64,000 nt of DNA from a virus. The notes beneath the pieces were generated by a model. That model was not told the origin of the DNA and made no database searches. It was given only the letters and a program-made list of their open reading frames with translations. The translations under genes were made by a program, and so were the position numbers. The first letter of the stretch is position 1. Every line of letters begins with the position of its first letter. Below are positions 1 to 9,914 of this stretch, one piece after another. The DNA is taken from positions 8,698 to 72,697 of the IMG/VR virus record IMGVR_UViG_3300045999_013278. One strand, 5' to 3'.

Positions 1-24
1 AATCTTCCGTACAAATTAATAAGA

Positions 25-321
25 TTGGGAGAAAAGGATAGAGAAGTCTGCCAGATGGTAGCTTACACGCTGGAAGAATTGCATGATTTTGCAAAAAAAC
101 TAGGACTTAGCAAAAAGGATGACTTTGAAGATTGTGTCGTACCCCATTACTTAGTTCCTTTGGAATTAAGAGACAAGGCATTTAACTTGGGCGCACAATC
201 TTCACTAATACAAGACCTTAGCCAAATTACGACAATAAGAAAACGCCAAACGGTACAAAGCGCAATACAAAAAGAAGTAAGGAAACGCGGGAGAAAGAAA
301 AAATGTACAAGTATTTCCTAG
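25..321 (+). CDS. DUF4031-like hypothetical protein (start uncertain, may extend beyond window)
   Basis: TLEELHDFAKKLGL...HYLVP...R..A...GA pattern resembles DUF4031. Confidence 0.5.
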   Translation: MGEKDREVCQMVAYTLEELHDFAKKLGLSKKDDFEDCVVPHYLVPLELRDKAFNLGAQSSLIQDLSQITTIRKRQTVQSAIQKEVRKRGRKKKCTSIS

Positions 322-830
322 GAATTGACCCAGGACAAAGCGGCGCAATTTCTATAATTAATTCCGAGGGAGTATTAATTAAGGTTATTTCTTTCAAGAA
401 TCATATTAGGGTTTTGTGGGGATTTAAAATAATTAACGCTAGAACTATTGCTGAAGAACTTCGGGGATTAATTAAAGATTTCTCGGAAGTGACCGCCCTT
501 ATTGAGAGGGTTAACTCTTATAACCAGGGCAGAAATAGCGCATTTAACTTTGGCGCTAATGCCATAGGATTAGTCTTAATATTAGAAGTGTTGGGAGTTG
601 GAGAAATTAACTCAACTCCGCCAACTGAGTGGAAAGATTTAATGGGCGTATCTGTAAAAAATTTAGGGACTTTTAACGGTAAGGATAAAGATAAGGCTCT
701 TAAAAAGTTAAGTGAAGCGAGAGCTAATAAGCTTTTTCCTTACTTTAAATTTAATCCTTCTGCTACAGCAGATGAGGAAGAGTCGGCACTTTTGGCTTAT
801 TTATGTTGGAATAGTAATAAAGGAAAATAA
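303..830 (+). CDS. RuvC-like Holliday junction resolvase
   Basis: N-terminal LGIDPG motif, ALIE, SAFNFG, PTEWK and C-terminal DEEESALLA acidic residues typical of phage RuvC-like nucleases. Confidence 0.8.
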   Translation: MYKYFLGIDPGQSGAISIINSEGVLIKVISFKNHIRVLWGFKIINARTIAEELRGLIKDFSEVTALIERVNSYNQGRNSAFNFGANAIGLVLILEVLGVGEINSTPPTEWKDLMGVSVKNLGTFNGKDKDKALKKLSEARANKLFPYFKFNPSATADEEESALLAYLCWNSNKGK

Positions 831-834
831 AAAA

Positions 835-1320
835 ATGCAACCATCTCAGTCGGAATTAGAGTTTTATCAAGATCGCTGTCCGGCGTTGATAGATAGCGGA
901 TGGGAGTGGAGTGATCACCAATCATTCCTTTCGTCAATGGCTATTCGCAAACTGGAAGATATTTCATACAGGGGAAAGCTCGTTTGCGTCAGCGTCCATT
1001 ACCACAATAACGGAACACAGTCTCGTTTTTGGGTACAAATTAGAAACATGGAGTACCCATCTTTTGTCTACAATGATTGGGTTAGTGTAGATGCCTACAA
1101 AGCCACAAGTCAAGAGTTGTTTGACGCAGCTACCAATGCCGCTTCTTCCTTATTAAAAAGTAAATTAGAAGAGATATTGGACGCGGAAAAAGAGATTGAG
1201 CAAATAAAACTAGAACAAAGGAAAATAAAATGGAAATTAAAATTAAACCAAATGGCGAAAAAGTTTTTATTTTTAGCAAGGATCAGGACTGTGCTAAAAG
1301 AGTTTTTGAGAGTTCTTTAA
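835..1320 (+). CDS. hypothetical protein with C-terminal coiled coil
   Basis: ATG at 835 just after the upstream stop, preceded by AAGGA; preferred over the overlapping 712 start. Confidence 0.6.
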   Translation: MQPSQSELEFYQDRCPALIDSGWEWSDHQSFLSSMAIRKLEDISYRGKLVCVSVHYHNNGTQSRFWVQIRNMEYPSFVYNDWVSVDAYKATSQELFDAATNAASSLLKSKLEEILDAEKEIEQIKLEQRKIKWKLKLNQMAKKFLFLARIRTVLKEFLRVL

Positions 1321-1514
1321 TGCTAGGCAATATAGGGTTAGAAGGTTTAATTAAAGCCGCAGTTTCCGCCCACGTTGAACTATTAAAAGAAAAAGATAAA
1401 GCTTGGGACACAATAACGGAATTAATTAAGGAAATACATCCGTTAGAAAACGATGAAGAACTTGAATACAATCACATCAGCGGCGAGTTTCGTGTAATTA
1501 AAAACAAGGGATAG
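1230..1514 (+). CDS. hypothetical protein
   Basis: ORF in co-oriented cluster, AAGGA upstream of ATG. Confidence 0.55.
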   Translation: MEIKIKPNGEKVFIFSKDQDCAKRVFESSLMLGNIGLEGLIKAAVSAHVELLKEKDKAWDTITELIKEIHPLENDEELEYNHISGEFRVIKNKG

Positions 1515-1520
1515 TAAAAA

Positions 1521-1850
1521 ATGTTTGATTTTTCTGGGATAAAACCAAGTTACGATGTTTTAGTCTGGGCTTCAGAAGATACCAATATGTTTTGGATGGA
1601 GTTCTCTACTAGTGCAGAATTAAAAATATCTGTACAGAAAGATCTTAGAGAAAAAGCTTTCGGGGTGATCGGAATGCCCTGCGATGAGATTCTGTGGATA
1701 CAGTCGCCTGTTGGGATGGACAGGCGACAAGTAATGGAAAGAATTTGCACGACTCTTGAATTAGAAGGTTTCAAGATCGAGCGGAAATTGATTCCAGAAC
1801 ACAAAACCTCTTCAGAGGTTGCGCCAATACAAAGTTTTATAATAGGGTAA
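1521..1850 (+). CDS. hypothetical protein
   Basis: ORF in co-oriented cluster, followed by a hairpin. Confidence 0.6.
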   Translation: MFDFSGIKPSYDVLVWASEDTNMFWMEFSTSAELKISVQKDLREKAFGVIGMPCDEILWIQSPVGMDRRQVMERICTTLELEGFKIERKLIPEHKTSSEVAPIQSFIIG

Positions 1851-1858
1851 AATTACCG

Positions 1859-1885
1859 CTCCCATATTTTTTTAATTTATGGGAG
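1859..1885 (+). terminator. putative stem-loop terminator
   Basis: CTCCCATA...TATGGGAG inverted repeat after gene cluster. Confidence 0.4.
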
Positions 1886-2095
1886 TAAATTTATATTGTC
1901 CCACAGATTTAAAATTTGATAATGGTGGCAGAAGTAGGATGAAGAGAAAAATAACTAAACCTAGACCCGCGCCAAAAAATATTATTATTCCAAATAAATT
2001 AAGGAAATATGCTATTAACTAAGACTTCTTCTCTGCGCCATCCCATCATAACAGATACGCGATCGCAAAAAAATCTTAAAACGCAGAGTCAGGTG

Positions 2096-2141
2096 AATGG
2101 TGTCAAAGGATTTTTCTTTTAATAAGGATTTCTCTTGACGT
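2096..2141 (-). repeat. GTCA-N30-TGAC dispersed element, copy 1
   Basis: reverse complement CGTCAagagaaatccttattaaaagaaaaatccttTGACAccatt aligns with copies at 19851 and 48707. Confidence 0.7.
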
Positions 2142-2240
2142 TTTTTAATCTACCATTGCGGCGCGCTGTATTACGTAAATTAAGTAAGTAAAAATACTTT
2201 GCTATAATGTAAAGAATTATACTCATTTACATTTACTCTA

Positions 2241-3053
2241 ATGGATGACTTTAAGTTTTTGGAGATCATAGAATTGATGCCTGGATATGTCTCTGCAATA
2301 AGCTTGGATTTAAGATATATTGCCGTTAGCCCAGGATTAAAAAAATTTGCCTCGGAAAAAACTCTTAACGGACAATCAATTGATTGCGAAGTTGGATGCG
2401 AGGGTCTACCGCAAAGGATGAAGGTTTTGATTAACACACCCGTCGGAACTGAGGATAAATGGATTTATAGGCAAGAAAGGTATCCGAAAACCCAAGTTTT
2501 AATGGTGGTAAGTAAAAAATTTGAGTGGGGAATCTTAAACGTAGCGACAGACATAACGGAAGTTATTGCTAACGAAGAAAGGCTTTTCAATATATTAAAT
2601 TACCTCCCTTCTGCATTAGCTTTAAGTAACGAGAGGAATGATCTTAAGGCTTTAATCCTCGCACTAAATCCTAGCGTAAGTGGGGAAAAACCCCAAAACA
2701 CTAGCGTGGTAGAAGTAGAAATTTTATCAAAGCAAGCCTTGGCTAAATATTCCCAATTAGAAAGGGATATTTTTATAGACCAGGATAGCCTCATGGCTAG
2801 ACTAAATAAATTAGAAGTGCGCCAAAGTAATGACGATGAGGAGTGGGAGAAATTCACAGAAAATAGAGACGAAATCCAAAAACTAGCATCATTAGCTCGG
2901 TTTTTTAACAACATCCCAGGAGGTAAAAAAACAATAATCATAATAATTATTATGATTAACATTACAGCTACTATAGTAGTAAATGCAGTTGTTAAATATT
3001 GGGGAATCTCACAATTTATTATTCCTAGTGAAATTAAGGAATTAATTAAGTAA
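2241..3053 (+). CDS. PAS/PAC-like domain protein with coiled coil and C-terminal transmembrane helix
   Basis: FLEIIELMP..V...LDLRY N-terminus, GILNVATDITE..EERL..IL..LP PAS C-terminal/linker signature; hydrophobic TIIIIIIMINITATIVVNAVV tail. Confidence 0.6.
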   Translation: MDDFKFLEIIELMPGYVSAISLDLRYIAVSPGLKKFASEKTLNGQSIDCEVGCEGLPQRMKVLINTPVGTEDKWIYRQERYPKTQVLMVVSKKFEWGILNVATDITEVIANEERLFNILNYLPSALALSNERNDLKALILALNPSVSGEKPQNTSVVEVEILSKQALAKYSQLERDIFIDQDSLMARLNKLEVRQSNDDEEWEKFTENRDEIQKLASLARFFNNIPGGKKTIIIIIIMINITATIVVNAVVKYWGISQFIIPSEIKELIK

Positions 3054-3059
3054 ATAAAT

Positions 3060-3698
3060 TTAATTATTCCTAAAAATACCTGGAAAACCACCATACCTTA
3101 ATAAGTTTTGGTATCTTCCGCAACTATCTAAATCTTTACCGCAAACGCTATTAACTAAAGTTGTAGCATTGCCAAAGATATCAAAGTTTAGCGCAGTTGT
3201 GGCTGCACAGTTAGAGTCCCTAAACTCCCAGCCACAACGCCTTAAGTAAGTTCTTCCAGGAATTTTTCTTCTCTCTAGTGAAGCTAGTGGGATTAAATTA
3301 AATTCAAACCCTATGCCATATTGCCCAGTCCAACTGTTTATTCTTAAGCTAAACTCTACAAACTGTGTAGGATCTTCTGAACTTTCCCCATCCAAAAACA
3401 TTTTTAAAGTTCTTTTAACGTTAACGGATGCACCAATTACATCTTCTTCGTAATTGTCAATTAATATTCCAACTACTCCATCAATATCCGACACATTTAA
3501 TTTACTACTTAATTCTGTACCCTCTCCTGATTGCCCCAGCCAAGATATTTCGCAAGGTCTAGCTAAATAAGTCAAGCCTTGGAAGTTAACCGTAGATAAA
3601 TTACAAAATCTTAAAATCTGGGAGTTTGCTGTAACTGTAATTAAGTCTATAGGACTTTCTACATCCAAAGATTGTAATTCTTTTGCTAAATTAGTCAT
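3060..3698 (-). CDS. minor tail protein L (lambda gpL-like, Fe-S hub)
   Basis: C-terminal CGWEFR..C...CGKDLDSC...YGGFPG cysteine pattern; tail-tip context. Confidence 0.85.
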   Translation of the reverse strand: MTNLAKELQSLDVESPIDLITVTANSQILRFCNLSTVNFQGLTYLARPCEISWLGQSGEGTELSSKLNVSDIDGVVGILIDNYEEDVIGASVNVKRTLKMFLDGESSEDPTQFVEFSLRINSWTGQYGIGFEFNLIPLASLERRKIPGRTYLRRCGWEFRDSNCAATTALNFDIFGNATTLVNSVCGKDLDSCGRYQNLLRYGGFPGIFRNN

Positions 3699-3712
3699 AA
3701 ATTATTTAAACC

Positions 3713-4483
3713 CTAAAATATTAATTTTTTTCTGAAATAAACGAGGTCGTCTGATTCACTTGAAGACCATATCCACTTAGCTGTTGTCCCATCCATGTTA
3801 GCTATAGTAGGCCACCTTCCCCCTTGGTAATTCGATACTTCCGTGGCATTAGTCCACGAACTTTCATTAAAACCTAATTCTTTCCATCCAGTTTGCTCTG
3901 TAAGAGAATATTTCCAACTAGAGTCGGTATTAATTCTACTTCCGTTAACCGATATGTCGCCCAACAGTCCAGAAATAACCCCAAAATCACGGCAAGCAAC
4001 AGCTATCTGATTCTCATACAAAAAATCCACAGAAAAAACATTGGCAACATACCAATTACTCCCACTTCCTACTTCCACACCATTTAGGAAAAGAGTGAAT
4101 GCGTTATCGCAAGTCATACGAATAACTCCGATAAACTCCGACGGACTCGGACTCGTTTCCTTTAAAATTAGCCTTAATTCCCAACAATCCAAACCTTGAG
4201 GAATAACTTGCGGCTCACCATCAAAAACATAAGTTTTGTAATCTTGCCAAGAAAATTCTCGCCATCCAAAGGTTTTGTAGCCCGCAAAATCCTTAATTAT
4301 CGCCCAAATCTCATTAAATTTTACAGTGGTTAATCCCGGTATCGTAATGTTAAAAGTATCTCTGCCTGAGAAGGGGACACTTCCGGTTAAGGTATATCCA
4401 TCACCTAACCCGTCTCCGTTACTTTCTATTTTTTTAACCTTAGTTAACTCCCATTTAACGGGAGGTAATTCTAAAATTGCCAT
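3713..4483 (-). CDS. gpM-like tail protein fused to a lectin/carbohydrate-binding beta-sandwich
   Basis: N-terminal GDGY...F.W gpM-like half; C-terminal TCDNAFTLFLNG...W...TDSSWK...W..A...W...AKWIW lectin-like pattern. Confidence 0.6.
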   Translation of the reverse strand: MAILELPPVKWELTKVKKIESNGDGLGDGYTLTGSVPFSGRDTFNITIPGLTTVKFNEIWAIIKDFAGYKTFGWREFSWQDYKTYVFDGEPQVIPQGLDCWELRLILKETSPSPSEFIGVIRMTCDNAFTLFLNGVEVGSGSNWYVANVFSVDFLYENQIAVACRDFGVISGLLGDISVNGSRINTDSSWKYSLTEQTGWKELGFNESSWTNATEVSNYQGGRWPTIANMDGTTAKWIWSSSESDDLVYFRKKLIF

Positions 4484-4553
4484 ATTTGTATACCTGCGCG
4501 AACCGAGCTATGGTTTTTTGAATAAATCAGATAGTAGTTGTTGAATTTCATAA

Positions 4554-5267
4554 CTAAACATTCAAGTAAGTGTCAGTTTCGGGGTTAAAATTACCTGTGT
4601 ATCTGACCGCTTTTGTTAACCGCAGGTGAGATAAATAGAATTGAGCAAATGCTAAATAACCATTTACACCATTTGTACCTATCACAATTCTTTCACCTGT
4701 GAAGCTTTCAGTTGAGCTAAAACTGACGGTTAATGTACCGTTTAAAAACCATTTAAAGTTATTGCCACTTCTAACTAAGGCGTGATGTTGCCATGTATTA
4801 ATAGTTAATTGCTGCAATTCTGCTACAGTTGCGTTTTGTCTCCAGAAAGAAAAAGTACCACCAAAGTTAGAATACACAGGATTAAGTGTTGCTAGGCTAG
4901 GCATTGTCGCGTTGGCATTCCAAGCCATGATCCCGTTAGGGGAAGTGGAGTAAGGATACACCCACATCTCTAAAGTGAAATTATCTGACCCTAGAGTATA
5001 AATGCTATCTACTGGTGTACCTATAAAACAATTGTTTGTGCCATCAAAATAAAGACTACTGCCACCATATTTACTTTGCGCTGTACTAATTTGAGCAGTG
5101 CCAAAAACAGAAATTGTTTTAGGAGTTGGTGAACTGTCAATAATACTTGATCCATTTCCTTTCAGGAACAGAACTACGTTTGCGGCAAAAGGATCTGCAC
5201 CACCGCCACCACCCCCGCCACCTAAGCTTTTACCCGACTGAATAATTCCATTATTACTTAATATCAT
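4554..5267 (-). CDS. LamG/concanavalin A-like tail (receptor-binding) protein
   Basis: QSKYGGSSLYFDG, NFTLEMWVYP, WQHHALVRSG, LRLTKAVRYTGNF LamG motifs; ATG overlaps upstream stop (ATGA). Confidence 0.75.
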   Translation of the reverse strand: MILSNNGIIQSGKSLGGGGGGGGADPFAANVVLFLKGNGSSIIDSSPTPKTISVFGTAQISTAQSKYGGSSLYFDGTNNCFIGTPVDSIYTLGSDNFTLEMWVYPYSTSPNGIMAWNANATMPSLATLNPVYSNFGGTFSFWRQNATVAELQQLTINTWQHHALVRSGNNFKWFLNGTLTVSFSSTESFTGERIVIGTNGVNGYLAFAQFYLSHLRLTKAVRYTGNFNPETDTYLNV

Positions 5268-5896
5268 GCCGCCAAACTCCCGAACACATACCACTCATTA
5301 ACACCTCTTTTAACTAAAGTTACACCTGAGTATTGTGTGGAGATTTTCAACTTATTACCATCGCTTCTTAAATTCACGCCAACTCCTCCTACCAAAGTTG
5401 TTTGTCCCGATCCATATTGGGCAATTAAAATTTGTGTCCCAATAGGGAAAGCCGCATCTACATTGGGCGGAATTGTTAAGTTATTGCTTGCGGAGACATT
5501 CATTTCTACTAACTTGTCTGCGTCACTTAAAACTAGGGTATAAGATGCGGTTTGGGAATTAATTACCAATAACTTATCCGTCTTAGAATTAAGCAAGGAC
5601 TGGATCTTTCCAAAGGCTTGCAAAATAGTGTCGGTTGCGGCTATTGCTATCGCGCTTCCTACAGAAAATCCCGTTAATAAAGTGGTTAAAACTCCTGTTG
5701 CGTTTTGATCAGGAAACCACCGCCCCGTACTGGGGTTGTCGTCAGGAGCGAATCCTCCAGTCGATGCTGAAGATTCAAACTGAAACCAACTCCTAAGACT
5801 TAGGACTTTTATATTTAATCCGTTTGCTCTTTTATCGGCGGGAATCGCTAATAAATCCGCTAAAGTATCCCTTTTATATCCCGTTAAAGTGGGCAT
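5264..5896 (-). CDS. tail fibre/adapter protein
   Basis: INSQTASYTLVLSDA...FPIGTQI...Q.G.GQ...W.V.G.L motif common in phage fibre proteins; follows J. Confidence 0.6.
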   Translation of the reverse strand: MPTLTGYKRDTLADLLAIPADKRANGLNIKVLSLRSWFQFESSASTGGFAPDDNPSTGRWFPDQNATGVLTTLLTGFSVGSAIAIAATDTILQAFGKIQSLLNSKTDKLLVINSQTASYTLVLSDADKLVEMNVSASNNLTIPPNVDAAFPIGTQILIAQYGSGQTTLVGGVGVNLRSDGNKLKISTQYSGVTLVKRGVNEWYVFGSLAA

Positions 5897-5931
5897 ATTT
5901 AATTACCTCCTTAGTATTGTTTAGTATTGTA

Positions 5932-8166
5932 TTATACACCCATTCCGAACCATTCATCTTCTCCCACAGTAAGCCAGGAATCCTCACTTAATCCAGTCCA
6001 ACTTATCTGTGCATAAGCTTTGGATTGTACGACCCATTGGGAAGTTTTACCTTCCGTTGAAATAGCAGCGACCCTAACGTAATAAGTGGTAGTTAAAATT
6101 GTGGGAAAATTCCAAGAAGCATATAAATTTACGGTACTAATTCTGTTTCCCCAACTTCCGTTTAGCCCAATCTTATATTCTGCAATATAAGATTTTGTAT
6201 AACTTTCTAACCCTCCGCCTATTCTTGTAGGTTGTTCCCAATAAGACTCTATCCCTACTTCATCACTTAAAATATTTACGACAAGGTTATTGGGAGGAGT
6301 CATAACGGCAGGAGGTCTGTTAATGGCAGGCCATTCCGTAATACTTATTCCAGACTCTATTTTACTTTCTAAATCCGGATCATAAAGTTTAGCAGTAATG
6401 CTAAAAAATAATGGATTGTCGGATGGACTAATATCTAAAATTTGGTAACGATGCAAAGTTACCGATCCGTCTACTATTTGCCACGTTGAGTGTGGCAATG
6501 GCAATACCGAAAGGGACTGCGAAACATTAATTATCGTATGCGTTCCTGCTGCATTTGAGATATCTCTTTCTAAGGTATAGATATTATTAGATTCGTCGGT
6601 TAAAGTTAAAACAATTACCGCATCACTTCCACTAACAGACGTTGGAGCATCTAAAGTAATAGCCGTAGAAGTGGCAGATGAAATAAGCCCAGCTTTTCTT
6701 TGCCTACCTCTAGCACTATCGGCGATTTGTACCACCTCTCCAGGTTTAAAAAATATTGCATGAGGTCTACACTCAAAAGTAATTTGCTTATTATATTTAG
6801 GTAGCGAATTGTAAATAATTCTGCGCCCCGCTCTAATAGCCGCGCCGCGAGTAATAACTCCTAAAGCTGTAAATTCTTCCTGATGATATCCATATTTAGT
6901 TATTGCCTCAGCTACTTCCACTGGTTCAGGACTTTGTTCATAATCATTAGTTGGATCGGTGTACCAAACTTTGCAAGCTGTGGTTATCGCTTGGTACTCA
7001 CCTTGTGATGGAGAAAATTTCCCGTCTCTTACGTCAGCGTTACACAAAATTCTTGGCAACACAGTCGTAGGTCGCTGTTGCCAAAAACGCCACTGAGTTC
7101 CGTCCCAATAAGGTTTTGTTGCAAAAGTCGCACAAATTCCCCTAATTGTTTCAATTGTTACTTGCTGCTGAGTTATTAAGCCGTTAAAACTGTAACGCCT
7201 TTCTGTACCACCAAAACCATTGCTTATTAATACATTATTATAAACGGAGCATTGGTATAAATCCCACTTATTAACTTGAGTAGTGGAATAACCTAAACCG
7301 CCGTCCTGCCTACTCCTAGTAAATAAAGCATAAACCGCCCAAGCTGGGTCAGTCGTCGCCAAAGTTGGAGTAAAAAAGTTTCCATCCCAACCACCGCTAA
7401 AAGTTAATCCTCTATCTGTCCTTAAAGTATTAATAGTGGAATTAGTGGGAATAGAAAAAATACTGCCAGCTAAAAATAACGAAACTTCTGGATCGGATGT
7501 GAACAACTCACTATTAAAATTGTAGGCAATTAAGGCTGTGCCGATATAAGCAATTTGTTTCTGAACAACTTCAGTAAAAGTTAACCATTGTAAGGATCTT
7601 ACTAAATCTGTTGTTACAGAATCATCAGAGATTTTTTCTACTCTTACGGAATACTCGTCTAAAGTTTCATCTACTTGGTAGAAGTATTGGAAAGTAGTAA
7701 ATGTAGGAAATCTCCCACTAATAGTAGGGACGGCTTTCTCAATAAAAGAACCGCCGCTACCTTCCTTAACTAAAATCCTAAAAGTTATGCTATCTTCCTG
7801 CCCTTTATTATCTAATTGAATAGCCAGCCTAATCCTTAAAGCTGTAACATCTGCATTAAATACGGTGCGGGTTGCGCTTAAAGAATTGGTTACTTCAACA
7901 TTTATAGTGTTGTCTATTGAAGTTTCGTTTAAGCCATTCGGAAAAGCTGTTTGATCTTTAGTCCCAACTCTTAAATCCCAAGAAAAATTCAGGAAATTAA
8001 AGCTGTCGTCACTGTTTTGTAAGGGAGTCCCGTTTAGGGAAATATCCTTACTTCCATTGGGTAAACCCTCAATCACTCCCTCGCAAAGTCCGGCAATGCC
8101 TCTAATATAATCTTTAGTTGTGCCACTAACGGGCGCATTTTCCCTCTCTTTCCTACCAAATCCCAT
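5932..8166 (-). CDS. host specificity protein J / central tail tip protein
   Basis: CEGVIEGL, LNGTPLQN, WDGNF...DPAW, YW.G, C-terminal FN3-like VRVAAIS; follows K and I. Confidence 0.9.
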   Translation of the reverse strand: MGFGRKERENAPVSGTTKDYIRGIAGLCEGVIEGLPNGSKDISLNGTPLQNSDDSFNFLNFSWDLRVGTKDQTAFPNGLNETSIDNTINVEVTNSLSATRTVFNADVTALRIRLAIQLDNKGQEDSITFRILVKEGSGGSFIEKAVPTISGRFPTFTTFQYFYQVDETLDEYSVRVEKISDDSVTTDLVRSLQWLTFTEVVQKQIAYIGTALIAYNFNSELFTSDPEVSLFLAGSIFSIPTNSTINTLRTDRGLTFSGGWDGNFFTPTLATTDPAWAVYALFTRSRQDGGLGYSTTQVNKWDLYQCSVYNNVLISNGFGGTERRYSFNGLITQQQVTIETIRGICATFATKPYWDGTQWRFWQQRPTTVLPRILCNADVRDGKFSPSQGEYQAITTACKVWYTDPTNDYEQSPEPVEVAEAITKYGYHQEEFTALGVITRGAAIRAGRRIIYNSLPKYNKQITFECRPHAIFFKPGEVVQIADSARGRQRKAGLISSATSTAITLDAPTSVSGSDAVIVLTLTDESNNIYTLERDISNAAGTHTIINVSQSLSVLPLPHSTWQIVDGSVTLHRYQILDISPSDNPLFFSITAKLYDPDLESKIESGISITEWPAINRPPAVMTPPNNLVVNILSDEVGIESYWEQPTRIGGGLESYTKSYIAEYKIGLNGSWGNRISTVNLYASWNFPTILTTTYYVRVAAISTEGKTSQWVVQSKAYAQISWTGLSEDSWLTVGEDEWFGMGV

Positions 8167-8168
8167 AA

Positions 8169-8756
8169 TTATTTACCCTTTCCGCCACTACCGCCGCCAC
8201 CGACATTAGTATATTCCGACACTATATCGTAAGTCAATATCATCACATCCTTAATTTTTACCTGACTGCCAATAGCTATCGGGATAGGCGTTCCCTCTTG
8301 AGTTCTAGTGCTGCCTCCCTGGAAATTTACACTACGCTTGTCTTCCGTTGGTTTAGGTGGGTATCCAAATAAAATACTTTGGAGTCCTTGGACAATTCCG
8401 CCAACAATTAGAGCCGTATTACTAGTTATAATCCCCACACTAATTAATAATATGGGTGAAAGAAATCGCATAAACCCATCCCCGCTACCCTCGAAAACCT
8501 CTTCTATGATTATTGTTTTGCCAGAAATAGGGAAGAGTTGGAGATTGGGGTCATGCGGCGTTAATTCTTTTTCCCAATTTTCGCCAACGCAAGTTATCTT
8601 ATATTGAGATTCCCTTTGGGAAAGTACAAAGTTTTTAAAGTCGGGGAATTGCGAGGATAAAAAATCAATTACCTCTTTAGGATTTTCTACGCTTGCATTA
8701 AACTCTTCCCCAAACTTTTCCCCTAAATTTCCCTTAAGGATTATTTTAGTTAACAT
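8169..8756 (-). CDS. tail assembly protein I (lambda gpI-like)
   Basis: L.G.LG.KFG ubiquitin-like N-terminus, central hydrophobic stretch, EG.PIPI..G motif. Confidence 0.85.
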   Translation of the reverse strand: MLTKIILKGNLGEKFGEEFNASVENPKEVIDFLSSQFPDFKNFVLSQRESQYKITCVGENWEKELTPHDPNLQLFPISGKTIIIEEVFEGSGDGFMRFLSPILLISVGIITSNTALIVGGIVQGLQSILFGYPPKPTEDKRSVNFQGGSTRTQEGTPIPIAIGSQVKIKDVMILTYDIVSEYTNVGGGGSGGKGK

Positions 8757-9574
8757 TATTTTAGCCTCCCGTGATTAACCACTAATTTTCGCCAATTATC
8801 GTCAAAAACATCCAACCTGCTTTTTTGGCGCACACCAGGACTGTGAAGGATTAAGTTTAATTCTGGGTTAATTAATACAGCTAAGTGATTAGCTTTTCCG
8901 CCACCTCTTAAGGCAATGCCAAAAATATCATTTAGCTTAAATTGGGAAGAATGTAATGGTAATTTATTAAAACTTTGGGAGAAATCCCAATAATCCTCAA
9001 ATGACCAATTAAGATTACCGTTACTGGGCGGTTCTTCTGGGCGTTTCCATTCCCCAATTTCTATATTTAAAGCACCTAAGAAATATCTACGGACTAATGC
9101 AAAGCAATCTGTCCGCCCCCAATCAAAACGCCATCCTAAGTAAAATTCTATTTCATCGGGACTATAATTAATTTTATTTAATGGATAAGGATTGGGGTTT
9201 GAAGGTTCGTAATAATCCCAGTTATTAAAATCTTCATGGGCGTGGTAAAGCAAAGATGGTATGTTTAAATAATTAGCTAAGGCTAAATCTTGGGACGTAA
9301 AACTTCCTTGATGAGAGTCCTTAAAGTGCGAGTGCCAAAATAATAAAATATCTTCTTTTTTAAAGTCAGTTAAGGTAATTCTAAAGCTATCCTCTGGGAC
9401 AGGGTGAGCGTTCCTTAAATTTAAAACTTCCTTATTATTTTTAAGGATAATTCCACAAGCTTCTTCGTTATTTTCCCTACCTTCTAAGGCATAAGATTTT
9501 ACCCTATTTAATTCCTCTATCCCAATATTAGGAACATTGGGGACGTAATTGGGATTTTGATTAATTAATGGCAT
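8756..9574 (-). CDS. tail assembly protein K (JAB/MPN + NlpC/P60)
   Basis: EEACG, WHSH...S.QD JAB motif; FDWGRTDCFALVR and NHLAV...ILH NlpC/P60 residues. Confidence 0.9.
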   Translation of the reverse strand: MPLINQNPNYVPNVPNIGIEELNRVKSYALEGRENNEEACGIILKNNKEVLNLRNAHPVPEDSFRITLTDFKKEDILLFWHSHFKDSHQGSFTSQDLALANYLNIPSLLYHAHEDFNNWDYYEPSNPNPYPLNKINYSPDEIEFYLGWRFDWGRTDCFALVRRYFLGALNIEIGEWKRPEEPPSNGNLNWSFEDYWDFSQSFNKLPLHSSQFKLNDIFGIALRGGGKANHLAVLINPELNLILHSPGVRQKSRLDVFDDNWRKLVVNHGRLK

Positions 9575-9649
9575 TTTAACTTTTTATTTGGGTATATCTA
9601 TAGTATAGTATAATATAAAATATCCCACAAGTTAAAGAAGATTAGGAAA

Positions 9650-9817
9650 ATGCAAAACAAACTACAAATATTCACAATGACCGTCCCAAGGATAAGATCG
9701 CGCAAGGGCAAAAATAACCCATTAATATACCCATTAATATTAAGTAACGACAGGGAAGAAATTACAGAAAGGCGGTTGCCTGGAGACGACTTGTACCTTC
9801 CTCCTGAAGTTAATTAA
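9650..9817 (+). CDS. small hypothetical protein (55 aa)
   Basis: MQNKLQIF...PPEVN with AGGA RBS and TATAAT upstream; not in the ORF track. Confidence 0.35.
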   Translation: MQNKLQIFTMTVPRIRSRKGKNNPLIYPLILSNDREEITERRLPGDDLYLPPEVN

Positions 9818-9833
9818 TGTAACAATATAAACC

Positions 9834-9914
9834 TGCGAGTTGGCGGAATGAAGATTTTCCGCACAGAGAGGATAACAAATGCGGTGCAAGCGGGTTCGAC
9901 TCCCGTACTCGTAG
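9834..9914 (+). ncRNA. tRNA-like RNA / pseudo-tRNA lacking a canonical anticodon arm
   Basis: acceptor TGCGAGT/ACTCGTA, TGGCGGAAT A-box, T-arm GCGGG-TTCGACT-CCCGT; no 5-bp/7-nt anticodon stem-loop. Confidence 0.55.

Noticed and set aside
712-834. Extended N-terminus of ORF 712..1320
   Set aside because: Overlaps the RuvC-like gene by about 120 bp; ATG at 835 has a better RBS.
9834-9914. Canonical tRNA gene
   Set aside because: No anticodon stem-loop, no D-loop GG, no encoded CCA; reported only as tRNA-like.
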